Assembly: GCF_964204865.1 (NCBI RefSeq)
Contig: NC_135259.1
Location: 10,850,001 to 10,914,000, forward strand
Direction of reading: 5' to 3'
From: Styela clava
Lineage: Eukaryota
DNA: 64,000 nucleotides
The translations under genes were made by a program, and so were the position numbers. Positions 50,954-64,000 of this stretch are shown piece after piece. A model generated the notes under the pieces. That model had not been told where the DNA came from. It was given only the letters and a program-made list of their open reading frames with translations, and ran no database searches. How positions within the stretch are numbered: the stretch's first letter is position 1; each line of letters begins with the position of its first letter.

Positions 50954-51048
50954 GAAGTATTCGTACCAAGATGGCGTACAACCTGAATATAGTATGTTTA
51001 CCAGGTTAGATTTGTTCAGGTTGTGCGTCATCTTGGTATGAATACTTC
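50954..51048. mobile_element. Internally deleted fold-back element (95-bp hairpin)
   Basis: GAAGTATTCGTACCAAGATGGCGTACAACCTGAA ... TTCAGGTTGTGCGTCATCTTGGTATGAATACTTC; the loop contains AGTATGTTTACCAGGTTAG, resembling the 42384 element. Confidence 0.7.
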
Positions 51049-51139
51049 CAGAGCGCCCATATTTTTGCGATACAATTTACCTGTTATGCATTACTTTTTT
51101 ATTGTTCGATATAGGGATAGAAGTTTTGGAGCACTAATT

Positions 51140-51450
51140 AGGATAGGATTCACAAATTTATCCCAGGGGAGAGGAAAGCCGGCAAGATGGCTTAACTACA
51201 TGGAGAACCACGGCCTCTCCTTCGGTTATCCATGTCCATGTCTGATATGAGATTAGTTAGTCAGTCATTTATTTCAGATGCATGGGCTTGATGGTGGATG
51301 ACCGACCAGCGATCATGTGAACCACCCTACCATACACCGACGAGTAGTCCAGCAATCCTCTAACACATAATTACCGCCTCGCGCAGAGTAATCAGTGGTG
51401 ATGGTGGCAAGCGTATTTCTAACGTTTCGCACGATGCGCACACCACCGAG
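51140..51450 (-). mobile_element. Probable degenerate SINE
   Basis: GC-richer ~310-bp non-coding island that on the minus strand starts with an A-box-like head and ends in a simple ATCCT-type tail (AATCCTATCCT). No clear B box and only one copy in the window. Confidence 0.5.
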
Positions 51451-51505
51451 TTAATTGGACCAAGAATTAGCAATTAAAAAAAGTTCAGTTTTTATTCCAC
51501 TAGAG

Positions 51506-51923
51506 CAGGGGCTCCCAAACCAGGGGTCGCGACCCCAAATTGGGTCGGAGTGATAAATAGGTAGGTAGAGTCGCAACCAGGTCATGGGGTCGGTGGGGTC
51601 GCTGAGGTATGGTAGAGGATGGATGTACAACTCATCTTAGATTTGACAAACCATGTTAAATTTAGCAGTTTGTACCATGACCCAATGTAAAACAGGCCCA
51701 TAGGCATCACTCTATGCTTTTGTTATTGAAAATGTAAGTGTTTATTGTGACATCACTGTTGGGTTTTAGCTTATTTTACTTAATACCACCACATGACCAA
51801 ACTCAAAAGTCCAGTGAAAGAAGCTCCAAAGTTTCATGAAAAATATATATATTGACCTGGGTTCGCGCTGGACACTTGAGAGTTGTCTTTGGGGTTGTCC
51901 TGAAAAAAGCTTTGGAACCCCTG
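51506..51923. mobile_element. hAT (Charlie-like) MITE, 418 bp
   Basis: TIRs CAGGGGCTCCCAAA / TTTGGAACCCCTG; 8-bp TSD CACTAGAG at 51498-51505 and 51924-51931. Confidence 0.92.
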
Positions 51924-51938
51924 CACTAGAGTCTAGAA

Positions 51939-52416
51939 CAGGGTGGTCCAAACCCAGGCCAGCGGGCCACATGTGGCCCGCCGCTTCATTATCTGTGGCC
52001 CGCGTCACATTCGGAAAGTAATCAAAAAATTATATTTTGTGTTGTTTCGTAATAAAATTGATCAGAAAAAGCTTTTGACATATTGTTACATCAATAATGT
52101 CACTGAATTGACTAGTGTTATGGCTAGCGGAGGCAAATAGCGACGTTGAATGATGTGCTTGGCAGTCTAAATTATTATCTGGCTCTCTATCTTTTTGGTC
52201 GGGAATATAAGCTAACAATATGGGCATCATAGAAAACTAAAAGTCGAATGCGGATTCTATTAGCCTGGTATGGCCATGTCTGATAACTATGTGTTTCAAC
52301 AATAAAACGGTGTGTTTTGTATTGCACTGTTTACCTATTCTTGGCACTATTGTGGCCCACGAACAATGCAAAAATAATTTTGTGACCCGCGAAGCCGACA
52401 ACCTTGGACCACCCTG
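51939..52416. mobile_element. hAT (Charlie-like) MITE, 478 bp
   Basis: Perfect TIRs CAGGGTGGTCCAA / TTGGACCACCCTG; 8-bp TSD GTCTAGAA at 51931-51938 and 52417-52424; subterminal GCGGGCC/GGCCCGC motifs. Confidence 0.93.
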
Positions 52417-53222
52417 GTCTAGAAGCACGATAACGACCGACTGGCAGTTCAGGAAACAGCAGTCCCTACCGGCTAATATGACTAAAAGATATGATGTTAT
52501 TTGGAAAGCAAACACAACTGAAAGGCTATGATAAGTTTCTTCATAAATTGATATTTAAAGAAAAGACTCGCATTGCGATATATGTAACACCAGTGTTATA
52601 TAACTGAGCCTTCATGAATGATATAGATCATATATTGCATTATCTTCAGGGTAACATTTAAGTTCGTGATTGATGACAACATATTATTAATTTTATTTAA
52701 CCTTGTTTTCCGGCATTTCATCGCCAGTCTTTGTATAAACGGAATGTCAAAAATTGTTAAAAATTACGGAGTACAAACTAGATCTTTTACGAGAAATGTT
52801 TTTAAGTTTTTATTGTTGAATTTTGATATTAATCCAATAAATTTATATATATGTTCGTTATTTCAATCACAAATTGTAACACCTAATATATATATTTCCT
52901 GAGGGCATTGTTGAGTTTAGATACGTTTAATAATATGAAGGATTAACAGAATGATTAAAGCTATGAATCGTTTTAAAAATCGGTTATGACAGTTAAAACA
53001 TACGAGGTAACATAATTAGACTTAAAAGTCAAGAAGGGGTTACGGAGTTGTTTTCGCAAATCGAGCAACTATGGCAAAGAAAAATTATCTACAAAACTCG
53101 AGTTTATTTGAAAAGTGGGTCACGATGGGTGTCATATTAGTATGTAACATCTCTAATTTTTTGTACCGTTACTTTTGTTTGCATCTTGCGATTTAAGTAG
53201 TTTAATTTAAAAAGAGACCGTC

Positions 53223-56200
53223 ATGGATTTTCAAAATATTCTTGTGATTTTGGCAAGTTTCGTTGCTTTTTTAATAATCACTTGGCAGCTGGTGGATTAT
53301 TTGTGTCCGTGGTTTAAATACGACATTCAATATCTGAAAATAGCCGCCAAAGCATTGCTTTTAATTAGAAAGGCCAGCAAAATGAAACCAACTTTGACTA
53401 TTATTGACAAGTAAGTATATAGCTTAAAAACAGGTTAATTTGTGAATTTTCCCAATAGTAAATAATAAATAGATGAGAAACTGTAGGATAATGTCTACTC
53501 TTGGGGAATTTCCATATTTTGGATTTTCCAATTACCCATAGGGCTTTTTCATTTGAGAGTAGCGTGCATCAAAATAGCAATTCGTTAACGAAAGCTTCAA
53601 TTTATTCTGTAAACTCTAAAAATCGCTACTAAACAATCCAAGCGATCGGTTTTTCTGTTACCTGATTTAGGTGGGACTATGGATAAATTTTCACTTAGTT
53701 ATTTTTCTTTTTGGTTATAATAACAAAATTTGTACTAATTTGAAACAGGTTAATAGACCAGGCTAAAGACAATGCAAGAAAACCCTTTATATACTATGAA
53801 GATGAGGTTTGGTCTTATCAAAGATTAAACGAATACTCAAATCAAGCTGCTAGAGTGATGTATAACGCAGGAATTAGAATGAATAATACGGTTAGTTTTT
53901 AGCGTTCTCTGTTTCAGTTTTGTATAAATACGCCTCATACAACATTGAATTGAAATCTTAGATGTCGAGCGCAAATATGTTTTTGTTTGTTTGTCTCAAG
54001 CCCTGCTGTTTATAGGCAATTTATCCGGTTTTTGTGTTAGATAAAAGTTAAATAAATTAGAATCCCGTTCTGGCCACATAAGACGACTATAATTAGGCGT
54101 TTTGTCACCAAGAACGAAAATGAGGAGCACTAATTTTGTAGACTTTTTTTTGAAAGTCTTTTATTGACCATAACAAATTTGACATTTAATGTTAAAAACA
54201 GTCTTATGCTTAATTAAAAACAGGTCGCTCAGGTTGATTGTTCCCACACTGCGATTAGAATATTTAAATGCCTTTAAAAAATATTATGTTTCATTTAATC
54301 TTTTTGATTGTTCTTGTAAGGTTGCACTCCTAATGAACTCTAGGCCTGAGTTTGTTGGTTTATGGTTTGGAATCGGAAAGACAGGCGGAACTACTGCCTT
54401 TATCAATTATAATATTCGCGGAAATTCTCTTATGCACTGCTTGAAGGTTTCGGAATGTAAAGCAATAGTTGTGTCGAATGATCCGGAACTCATAAAGGTA
54501 AATACCTACTCGAACTAATTATCTTACTATTTCCTCCAGTATCAGTTTGTATATTTTCCCCACAAATCATCTACTTACACAAGCAAAATCCGACATCATA
54601 ATATCTAAGGTGTATTTATATTGTTACTATATACAATACCATTAATTAAATATCAGGCAATCGAAGATATCGGAGAGTTCATCAAAACTGAAGGAATACA
54701 ACTTTATGTTCTTGGCGATCTAAAGGATGGAGTCAAGTTCGATTATGAATCACTGAATCAATTACTTGGTAATTTATACGTTAAAGATATCATGTAAACA
54801 AGAAACGCAAATATTAATGGAATTAGAGAATCTTACAATTTGTGCGCAATGCTGCAACAAAATAGAATTGACAAAACAAGTAAAATGAATTTTACAAAAA
54901 TACCCGATAGTCAATACACTTTCGTTAAAATATTAATCCCGAGTAAATATATTACAAATACTCCTGAAGAACTATAATGGCTAATGCGTTTCAAAAATGT
55001 GAATTGGACGCATAGATAATGCGTTTGCTGCAGTGCAAATTCGTAATCTTTTATAAACATCATAGCTCGTTTGAAATATAGCACCAAATTAATGCAAAGA
55101 ACAATTATATACATAGCTAAGCAGCCGAAAACAGGATCACCAGTCGAATGGAGGAAAGACCTGACAGTTAAAAGTGATTTCTGTTACGTTTACACATCTG
55201 GAACAACAGGTTTGTAATTATTTTATGCAATAAAACTTAAAAAGGATATTTAAAAAAAATGGAAAGTAATATTCTTCTAGCGGATTTTTGCAACAACAAC
55301 AACGACAACAAGAATTCAACAAAATGATCCATAGGTCCAATTCGTGTCCAATAACATTACTAAGAGCAAGCATTACGGGACAATGTATCTTTTTGTTGGA
55401 TGATTGTGTTGTATTATTATCTTCTTTTCTGTATACATCAACGAATGGCCAGAAATCTGAACACCAATGATATAAATAAATGATATAAAAATAATTCATT
55501 TAAATTTTGCTTTCAGGATTGCCAAAAGCAGCTGCAATTAGACACGGTCGAATATTACTTGCTAGTCAAATGATTTTGTGTGGAGGTGCCAGACATGATG
55601 ACATTGTATACTCTCCTCTACCCCTGTATCACGCAGCATCTGGAATAATGGGGGTTCTTGGGGTGCTGCTTTTAGGTAAGTAGAAACATAAATGGTTGGT
55701 TAAAATTTATTCGGTACAGCGTTTTTGTAACAATAATCATATAAATATAACTTTGCAGGCAGGGGCAAACCGCTTTTGCTTGGAATAATTTGATTGATTT
55801 GAATAAGTTTTAAAAAAATGTAGACCTATTTTGATATTCTAGAATCTAGATTCTAGTTTATTTTCTCATGTATATATAAGCTATAACATGGAGATTTCTT
55901 GTTATATTTGTAGGGGCGACTGTAGTTGTCCGAAAGAAATTTTCGGCAAGTCATTTCTGGGAAGAATGCAGAAAATACAATGCTACATTTGTTCAATATA
56001 TCGGGGAGACAATGCGATATGTCTGTGATCAACCTCCGGTAAGTGATAAATGTCTGTATCGTCACAAACACAAAACTATATGGATTCACTGATTGAACGA
56101 TTCACAAGTCTTTTTATTTTTGGTAAAATGCTAATATTTATGTTATTTATTATATTTTTGTTTGGTATTTTTGCGAGACCGCGGTGTAATGCTCTGTAAG

Positions 56201-59200
56201 TAGTGCTGTTTCGACTTGTTAATTGTTTATCATCTTCTTACTTTTATCCTTGAAAATATAAAAAATTTTCCAGCACCCGGACGACAAGAATCATTGTGTT
56301 AGAGCAGCAATGGGTAATGGTTTAAGGCCAGCAGTTTGGAGGAAGTTTCTAGATCGATTCGGAAAAGACATTAAAGTTGTTGAATTATATGCGGCAACAG
56401 AAGGAAACGCAGGGTTTTTGAATTTAGATAATCATTTTGGAAGTGTTGGAAGTTTTAGTCCTCTTATGAACGTGAGTGTTGCATAAAACATATTTTTGTA
56501 CAAAAATATAGGTTGCGTAACAGAGACTGTCAATGATTATGTGTTTAATGATATTACCTTTTTGCTTGACACTCAACTTCCGTGAAAGTATCTTTTTTAC
56601 GAAACATTATTTTGGTGGAAGATGAAACTTTAAACAAAAGTTTTCGTAACTAGTAAAAACTACAAATACCTTCCAGGCATTGGGATTGGTAGCTTTGGTG
56701 AAGTACGATCAAGAAAATGAAGAAGTCTTCCGAGATGCCAACGGGAGGTGTGTAAAATTTTGATTGAATTTTCTGACTTTTTGCATTCGTCTGCTCAGTA
56801 ACAACTGATGACTATACAATCACGAAAGTAAATTTGCAATAGACCACCCGGTACAAGCGCCGCGGAATGAAAGTAAATATATATTTCGGTTGGCGCTAGT
56901 TTAAAACAACTAAACTGATAAAGATTACACGGAGTAACGGATACTAAATTGATACAGCATTCAAAACAATAATTTCAAAATCTGCCATTTAGGTGTGTTT
57001 TGGTTCCATACGGAGCTCCTGGACTTTTGATTTGCAAAATTACGTCATCAACACAATTTCATGGATATCGTGGAAATAAGAAACAAACGGAAAGTAAAAT
57101 TTTACGAAACGTGTTCAAGGTATTGATTTGTTTATATCTGCCACTAGTTTCTTGGCTAGACTACATAAATATAAATATGGTACTTTTTAATACATATATC
57201 ACGAACTATATATATATATAAAGAGTATTAAAGCATCATTCAGGTATCGTTGATTTTTCAGCCCAGTTTCATTTTGATATCATATTTCTTTGTATTCAGG
57301 ATGGAGACTCGTACTTTAATTCTGGAGATTTATTGAGGAGAGAGCGAGATTATCACATGTATTTTGTTGATCGTGTGGGAGATACTTTTCGATGGAAGGG
57401 CGAAAATGTATCCACCAATGAAGTTGCTGATGTAATGGGCAATGCTCCTGGTATCAAAGAAGCAAATGTATATGGGGTTGAGATTCCAGGTAATCATTGT
57501 AACAGGGACTCTTGAAGTTTATTCAAATATTTAATGAGTGAGTATACATACGTTAACATACAATCTGAGCAACTTTATTGGAATCTGAAAATTAGCGTGT
57601 GACGAAATGTGCCTATCGTTACGCTAATAACTGAATTGCGTAAGTCATTTTCCACACTTTTGAGAAAAACGTAAAAAATCTAATGATATTGTTATGCCAT
57701 TGAGAGTCAATAACTTGCCATGATTCAATTTTTTGATCGTAGCCGGATTTAAGTTAATTTGTATGACGCAGTTAAGTGACGACATAATTGCGACTTAGGC
57801 AGAAATGTGTCTATGACTTGGGGACATACGCAATTTTGCAACTTTACTATATGCACCAGTCCTGAAAACTAAACATTCCAAAAACGAATGTAATTCTCAG
57901 TATCTACAATGTCCAATCCCCAAAATAGCTAATCAGTTTCAATTAAATTATTTTTTATGTTTAAAAATTTATATTTCATAAATATATATAACACGTTCTG
58001 CACACCCACCGAAATAAGACTAAGATTAAATATAAAGAATAAAACAGCAATGCACCCAGTATAAAAGCCAACCAAGGTGAATTGGAAAGTGAATATCACA
58101 AGTGCACGCCTTTCTATACTGTAGTATAAATTCAAATTATTACGCGCCAAGCTAGAATCCGAGATGCAAAAACTCGAAAATACTTCAATGAGGTTATTTT
58201 GTTTTTGTGACGTCACAATTGTCCTGCGGTAACAATGATGATTCATTATGACGAAACAATTGCAAAAATGTGCATGTCATACTAAATCTCCATTTTTATG
58301 GGTTTCGGAAGTTTCAAAATAAAATCTGAGTTAACAGACAGGTGCGCAGCATTACATAGATACCTATTTTATGAAAAACTCGAAACCGCCAAAAATGACT
58401 TACGCAATTCGGTTATTAGCGTGACGCTATGCAATTACCCTTTGGCAAACATCGTTAAATATTACGAGCTCCTAAAAAATCGCTGCTCTATGTTGACCGT
58501 TACGATAACAAGATAATGCTTAAAATATTCAGGAAACGAGGGAAGAGCAGGAATGGTCGTTGTTTTGCTCGAAGAAAATACTGAACTTGATTGTATTGAA
58601 GTTTACAAGCACGTGTGTGCATCTTTAGCTTCATACGCACGACCTTTATTTGTGAGGTAAAGTTCAATTGTTGGGATATGATAATTAAATTGTTGCCTTT
58701 CTTATTTATTAGACAAAAAATGAACATGTGAATTGTTTTCTTAAGTTCTTAAAATTCTTTTTTTTCTTCTTATTCTTGTTGTTATGAAAAAATCGCCTTT
58801 CTGTTCAACTGTGAGACCAATTGCTTTGAAAATCTCGGTGGTTAAAATTTGTCGTTGTCCCCATATAAAGCTATTAGTTTCATTTATTTTAAAAAATTCT
58901 GTAGGATTCTCTTTTCATTTTGAAGTTTTGTAAAATGACGTCATCGAAACTGAATATTGTTAATCTGTGATCGCATTTCAGCGATCTGTTGCTTCGGTAC
59001 CGGTACTGTAAAAAATTTGATTGCTACTTCACTTTATCCCCCGCGTTCATATATTTTGCGCTACTCTCTTGTTTGAATATATTCAATTGAATAAATATTT
59101 ATGAAATCTCATATATATACAACAATATAATATTCTGAATATACAACAATATTAATAATATGAATAATATAGGTATATACATGCAAATTAATGAAATTCA

Positions 59201-59463
59201 TTACAGACATATCGAAATGGATATCGATATCAACTACACCATTCCATGATCTATTCTGACACTCTTTATTTCACAGAGTTAAAGAAGAACTCGAGCTCAC
59301 TGGTACGTTCAAACAGAAGAAAGTTAACTTAGTGAAAGAGGGTTGCAATCCAGAAAACATGGCAGGCGATCCGATTTATTTTATGAACCACAAAGAAAAA
59401 TGTTATTCTCTCTTGACGCAAGAGGCCTATCGTGATATACTGAACAACACTATAAGGATGTAA
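53223..59463 (+). CDS. SLC27A: SLC27/FATP family very-long-chain acyl-CoA synthetase (fatty acid transport protein), 13 exons, ~630 aa
   Basis: Exons 53223-53410, 53749-53890, 54321-54497, 54657-54768, 55117-55209, 55517-55675, 55914-56038, 56274-56471, 56677-56747, 56993-57119, 57300-57489, 58533-58656, 59277-59463; total 1893 nt, in frame. N-terminal TM anchor; motifs [82 protein letters not shown]. Exact paralog number is not assignable. Confidence 0.95.
57605..58440. mobile_element. Long-TIR non-autonomous DNA element (~830 bp) in FATP intron 11
   Basis: CGTTACGCTAATAACTGAATTGCGTAAGTCATTTT (57617-57651) is the inverted copy of AAAATGACTTACGCAATTCGGTTATTAGCGTGACG (58392-58426), with 2 mismatches. 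Weaker inverted similarity at ~57822-57843 vs ~58258-58280. TSD not resolved. Confidence 0.72.
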
Positions 59464-62460
59464 CACATTTGTGTGAGAACATGAGCTACTCGTAAAATCA
59501 GAACTAAACATTTCTAGTAAGCGTATCATAATGATTTAAGAAAAGCAAATTTATTGATTTTTATACTGAATTACAGTAACCTAATTCCAGTAATATAATA
59601 AAATGATACGTTAAAAGTTTCAGTGGCATTTTTGTAGAACACAGACAGAAGTATTGTCAGAATTAGACATTCTTGTGGGCTGAAGCCTTTACATTTTCAA
59701 TTAGATAACGACATATGAGGCGGGATGCATGTTTTATATCTGGTAGGGATTATCTGGTGAGCCATGTATAAGCTTGGAATTCACGGAAGATTTCTTGAAG
59801 TCATAATCTTATTGAGTATAAACACAGAAAAAACTTTTAGAAGAAATCCTTGACTGACTTAATTATCCGACTTGTAATTGACGGTGCCTGATCATACCTC
59901 AGAACCTGAAACTACGCTATACTTTCTATTCTACGTAATGGAAACCACGGTCTGTTTACTATAAGCTGATGATCGCCAACACCCAACTTTACATGTTTCG
60001 AAGGGACGAAGGGACTAGAACTACTGGACATTCACATGCGGTCACCACAGCCCTACTTTCATTAATTGTAACCGTTTTTCAGCACTGTGACAGCGTTGTT
60101 GATTTTCTCAACATATGATCACTGTTAATTGAACACGTAGTGGACATAACGATCGTTTCAAAATTTTGTTGTTATTGTTATTATTTGTCTCCGTCAACAC
60201 GTTTTGAAGAAATCGCTTTTCTCTTCGAATACTGGACCAATTACTTTGAAATTTTCAGTGGTTAAAGATAAAAATTTTCTCCAGAAGGCTATAACTTTTT
60301 TTTTTGCTATGACATCATCAAAATTATATGACTATACGTGTCCACATATTTGAGCATAGCTCTCTTGTAAATGTTTTAGATTGTTTCACACTGGAGTGAG
60401 TACGTGGGGGGTGGGGGTGAATCCGGTGAGAGCTATTATACGCAGCCGCAGGAGAAATTGAAGACAATTAAATTAAATTAATAAAGCACGACCTTTTAAA
60501 TATGCCCGTATCGGTCATGGACTGATTACTTTGCACAACTGAAAAATCATGATTCGTTGAAAAGTCAGCTCTTTTAACAAGTGGGATAATCGCGGCGACT
60601 GTTCCGCATGGCTGCGCGACTGATTGAGATCGCAGACATGGTTTGCAAAGATAACGAGGAAGCGAACAGTCCATACTTATTTGTAGCGAGTTTTAGGAGT
60701 TGAAGTAGAAATAGAAACATTTATAAATTTTGTTGCTTCTTGAGAAAATTATTTGTTTTTACGTATTATTAACTTCAAGATTTTGTCGAGCCAGTCAATA
60801 GTAATTGCAGAAAGCTCTATTTGGATTGGGTTAAGTTTTTACACAACGAAGGAATCATTTCTTGGTAATTAAATGTAACATCGGGATGTTTCATGCTAGT
60901 TCTACGACAATCATGCAGTAAAATCAGAATAATAATCACACTATATTTCAGCACTCTCGACAAGGCCGGAAACGATACGTCATCGAATTGGTCGCTTGCA
61001 AAGAAGGCTTTATCGCTGTCGCGAATCATAAAGTGACCTATTTTCAGAGAATGTAACATACTATTAATATGAAGGGGTTAAATAACATTATAATCCATAG
61101 TTACAATCCACATTCGCTACACTGGAACTAACTTGATGTTGTTGATATATATGTATGTTCACTTCCATGTACATAATTTATGTCTTTATATATTATTGTT
61201 TGATTTAATTATTGAATAGTCCTCTTTGCGGAACCATTGAAAAAGACACATATGACAAAGAAATCATATTTATTTTCAAATTTTGAGGTTCGTAATATTA
61301 GGAAAGCAAACACATCCAAAAGCACACAGTTATTTGCTTTATAAATTTCTAATTATATAGACTCGCATTGCGTTGTATTCAACAACAGTGTTATATAATT
61401 GAGCATTCATAAATAATATAGATTATATAATAAATAAATTGTCTTCAGGGTAACAATTAGGTTCGTGATTAATGACAACATATTATTAATTTTATTTAGC
61501 CTTGTTTTCCGGCATTTCATTGCCAGTCTTTGTATAAACGGAATGTCAGAAATTGTTATAAATTGTAAAGTACAAATAAGATCTTTAACGAGAAATGCGT
61601 TAGTTTTGTATCGTTGAACTTTGATATAAATCTAAAAAATTTATTTATGCATTTCTAACTTCAACTTCCAACTGTAACACCTAATGCATATATTTCCTGA
61701 GGGCATTGCTTAGTTTAGATACGCTTAATGATATGGAGGATTAAGAGAGTGATTAGAACTATGAATTGTTTTAAAAATAAATTATGACAGTTAAAACAGA
61801 TATGTTAACATAATTAGACTTACTAGTTACGGAGTTGATTTGGAAAATCGAGCAACTATGGCAAAGAAAAATTATCTACAAAACTGAATTTAGTTTAGTT
61901 TATGAACCGACATTGATTCCATATGTCGATTCTAAAGTATGCATTGATCGGGATTCAACCAGATTATCGTTGAATTGTATTTTTTCATTCGATTTTGTAA
62001 TTTTAGGTTCGATTTTTGTACCATTCACGAGCCCGATATATCCCAGATGTATGTCCGTTACGCACCGATTTATGGAATGTCAACGTATTCAAATAAAATG
62101 TTTTTATATTCGTTAATTTAAGAATATGGATAGATTAACCTCACTTCATTACCGGGTGAGTTATTGCGATGTTTTCAAAAGTAAGTGGTTATAATACAGT
62201 GCACGTTCTGTGCGGCAAGATTGTTCGGTCAGTCGGTTGGGCGTGATACGATCCTGTTATCGCCTTTTGTGACAATAACCTTCCTAGTGACCACTTCTTT
62301 AGCTAAATAACTCGGAATAGATGAATTAGGTATATCACTTGATTAAGTTTTCATTTTAACAGTTTCCACGATGGGTGTCACATTTGTATGTAACATCTTT
62401 AATCTTTGTACGTTGTTTGCATCTTGCTATTCAAGTAATTTAATTTAAAAAAAGGTTACC

Positions 62461-63842
62461 ATGGATTTTCAAAATATTCTTGTGATTTTGGCAAGTTTTG
62501 TTGCCCTTCTATTAATTACTTGGCAACTGGTGGATTATTTGTGTCCGTGGCTGAAATACGACATTCAATATCTGAAAATAGGTGCCAAAGCAGTGCTTTT
62601 AATTAGAAAGGCCAGCAAAATGAAGCCAACGTTCACTATTATTGACAAGTAAGTATATATAAAAACATGTGGATTTGTGAATTTTCTCAATAGTAAATAA
62701 TCAATCAGATAAAAATAATTGTAGATGAATGTAATCGGAGTAAAATTTATCCTTGGATTTTTCAAATACCTTTTTTGTTTGAGTGGAGCCTGCATCAAAA
62801 TAGCAGTTCGTTAACAAAAGCTTTCATGTATTCTGTAAAAATCGGTACCAAACAATCCAAGCGATCTGTTTTCCTGTTACGTGGTTTAGGTGTGACTATG
62901 GATAAATTTTCACTTTGTTATTTGTTGTGATTATGATAACAAAATTTGTTCTAATTTGAAACAGGTTAATAGACCAGGCTAAAGACAATGCAAGAAAACC
63001 CTTTATATACTATGAAGATGAAGTTTGGTCTTATCAAAGATTAAACGAATACTCAAATCAAGCTGCTAGAGTGATGTATAACGCAGGAATTAGGATGAAT
63101 AAGACGGTTAGTTTTGAAGCGTTTTCCAACATTGCAATTTTTGTTTGTCTCAAGCCCTGTTTATAGGCAATTTATCCGGAGTTGACTCCAAAGTCAAGAA
63201 TTGTGGAAAATAATAAACCGAGAATTTTTTAATTATTTTAAAGTCATGAATTTTATCTTAACCCATTGCACTATGACACGTTGAATCACACCAAAACATC
63301 AAATATTGAACCGACGACAAAACCGGTTTTCGTGTTAGATAACACTTATTAAATTAGAATCCCGTTCTGGCCCTCATGCGAAGACTGCGATTAGGTGTTT
63401 TCTCATCAAGAACAAAAACAAGGAGAACTAATTCTTGTAGACTTTCTTCTATGAAAGTCTCATGTTGATCATAACAAATTTGAAGTATTTTGAAACAACA
63501 CATTTGATGTAAAAAACAGCTCATTTTAAAACACTTCGCTCAGGTTGATTTTTCTCACTATGCGATTAGAATATTTTAGTCTTTAGGAAAAAGCATAGTC
63601 ATTCCAGACAAATGTCTTCAAAAAAAATATTATGTTTTTTTTTCAACTTTTTATTTGTTTTTAAGGTTGCACTACTAATGAACTCTAGGCCTGAGTTTGT
63701 TGGTTTATGGTTTGGAATCGGAAAGACAGGCGGAGCCACTGCCTTTATCAATTATAATATTCGCGGAAATTCTCTTATGCACTGCTTGAAGGTTTCGGAA
63801 TGTAAAGCAATAGTTGTGTCAAACGATCCGGAACTCATGAAG
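62461..63842 (+). CDS. SLC27A: Second SLC27/FATP copy, first three exons (gene continues beyond the window)
   Basis: Exons 62461-62648, 62965-63106, 63666-63842 have the same sizes and phases and near-identical sequence to exons 1-3 of the gene at 53223. Upstream 61300-62460 aligns with 52500-53222. Confidence 0.92.
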
Positions 63843-64000
63843 GTAAAACTAGAATTCGGTTGGAAACCGGAAACTTATCGATCGAAGGTTAGGGGATCCC
63901 CCAAAACAGTGGTCTTACTCCATAGTGACACCTTGTGTCCTATCACTAATTTATTAATAACTCGCTAATTATACGACATAATTCATCCAAAATTAATAGA

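Noticed and set aside
51766-52531. Several 60-90 aa ORFs
   Set aside because: They lie within non-autonomous MITEs and have no transposase motifs.
59452-59463. FATP C-terminus -IRM as a peroxisomal targeting signal
   Set aside because: Ile at -3 does not fit the PTS1 consensus (S/A/C)-(K/R/H)-(L/M).

Overview
AT-rich, intron-containing animal genomic DNA with no rRNA, tRNA or CRISPR features. A tunicate (ascidian) origin is my inference from lectin and GPCR motifs and is not established. From left to right the window holds: (1) an intronless collectin-like gene on the minus strand; (2) a ~40 kb plus-strand tandem array of genes for secreted proteins made only of DOMON domains and low-complexity linkers; (3) an intronless orphan 7TM receptor on the minus strand; (4) a complete SLC27/FATP acyl-CoA synthetase gene plus the 5' part of a tandem duplicate. 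The DOMON array is gene A (11 coding exons, 2 domains, ~834 aa), gene B (35 exons, 6 domains, ~1232 aa), a decayed copy of A, and gene C (23 exons, 4 domains, ~861 aa). The three genes differ by 0, 2 and 1 copies of a phase-1-flanked 12-exon cassette (His/Asp tract plus two DOMONs). All 12 domains keep the Met and His at the positions that ligate heme in characterised heme-binding DOMONs, and none of the proteins has a catalytic or transmembrane partner domain. This candidate family of length-variable extracellular multi-heme/metal-binding proteins is the most interesting system here. Introns and intergenic DNA carry hAT and Tc1/mariner MITEs, fold-back elements, a probable SINE and a dispersed repeat family. 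All exon boundaries were deduced by hand from GT/AG sites, frame continuity and paralog comparison and need RNA-seq confirmation.
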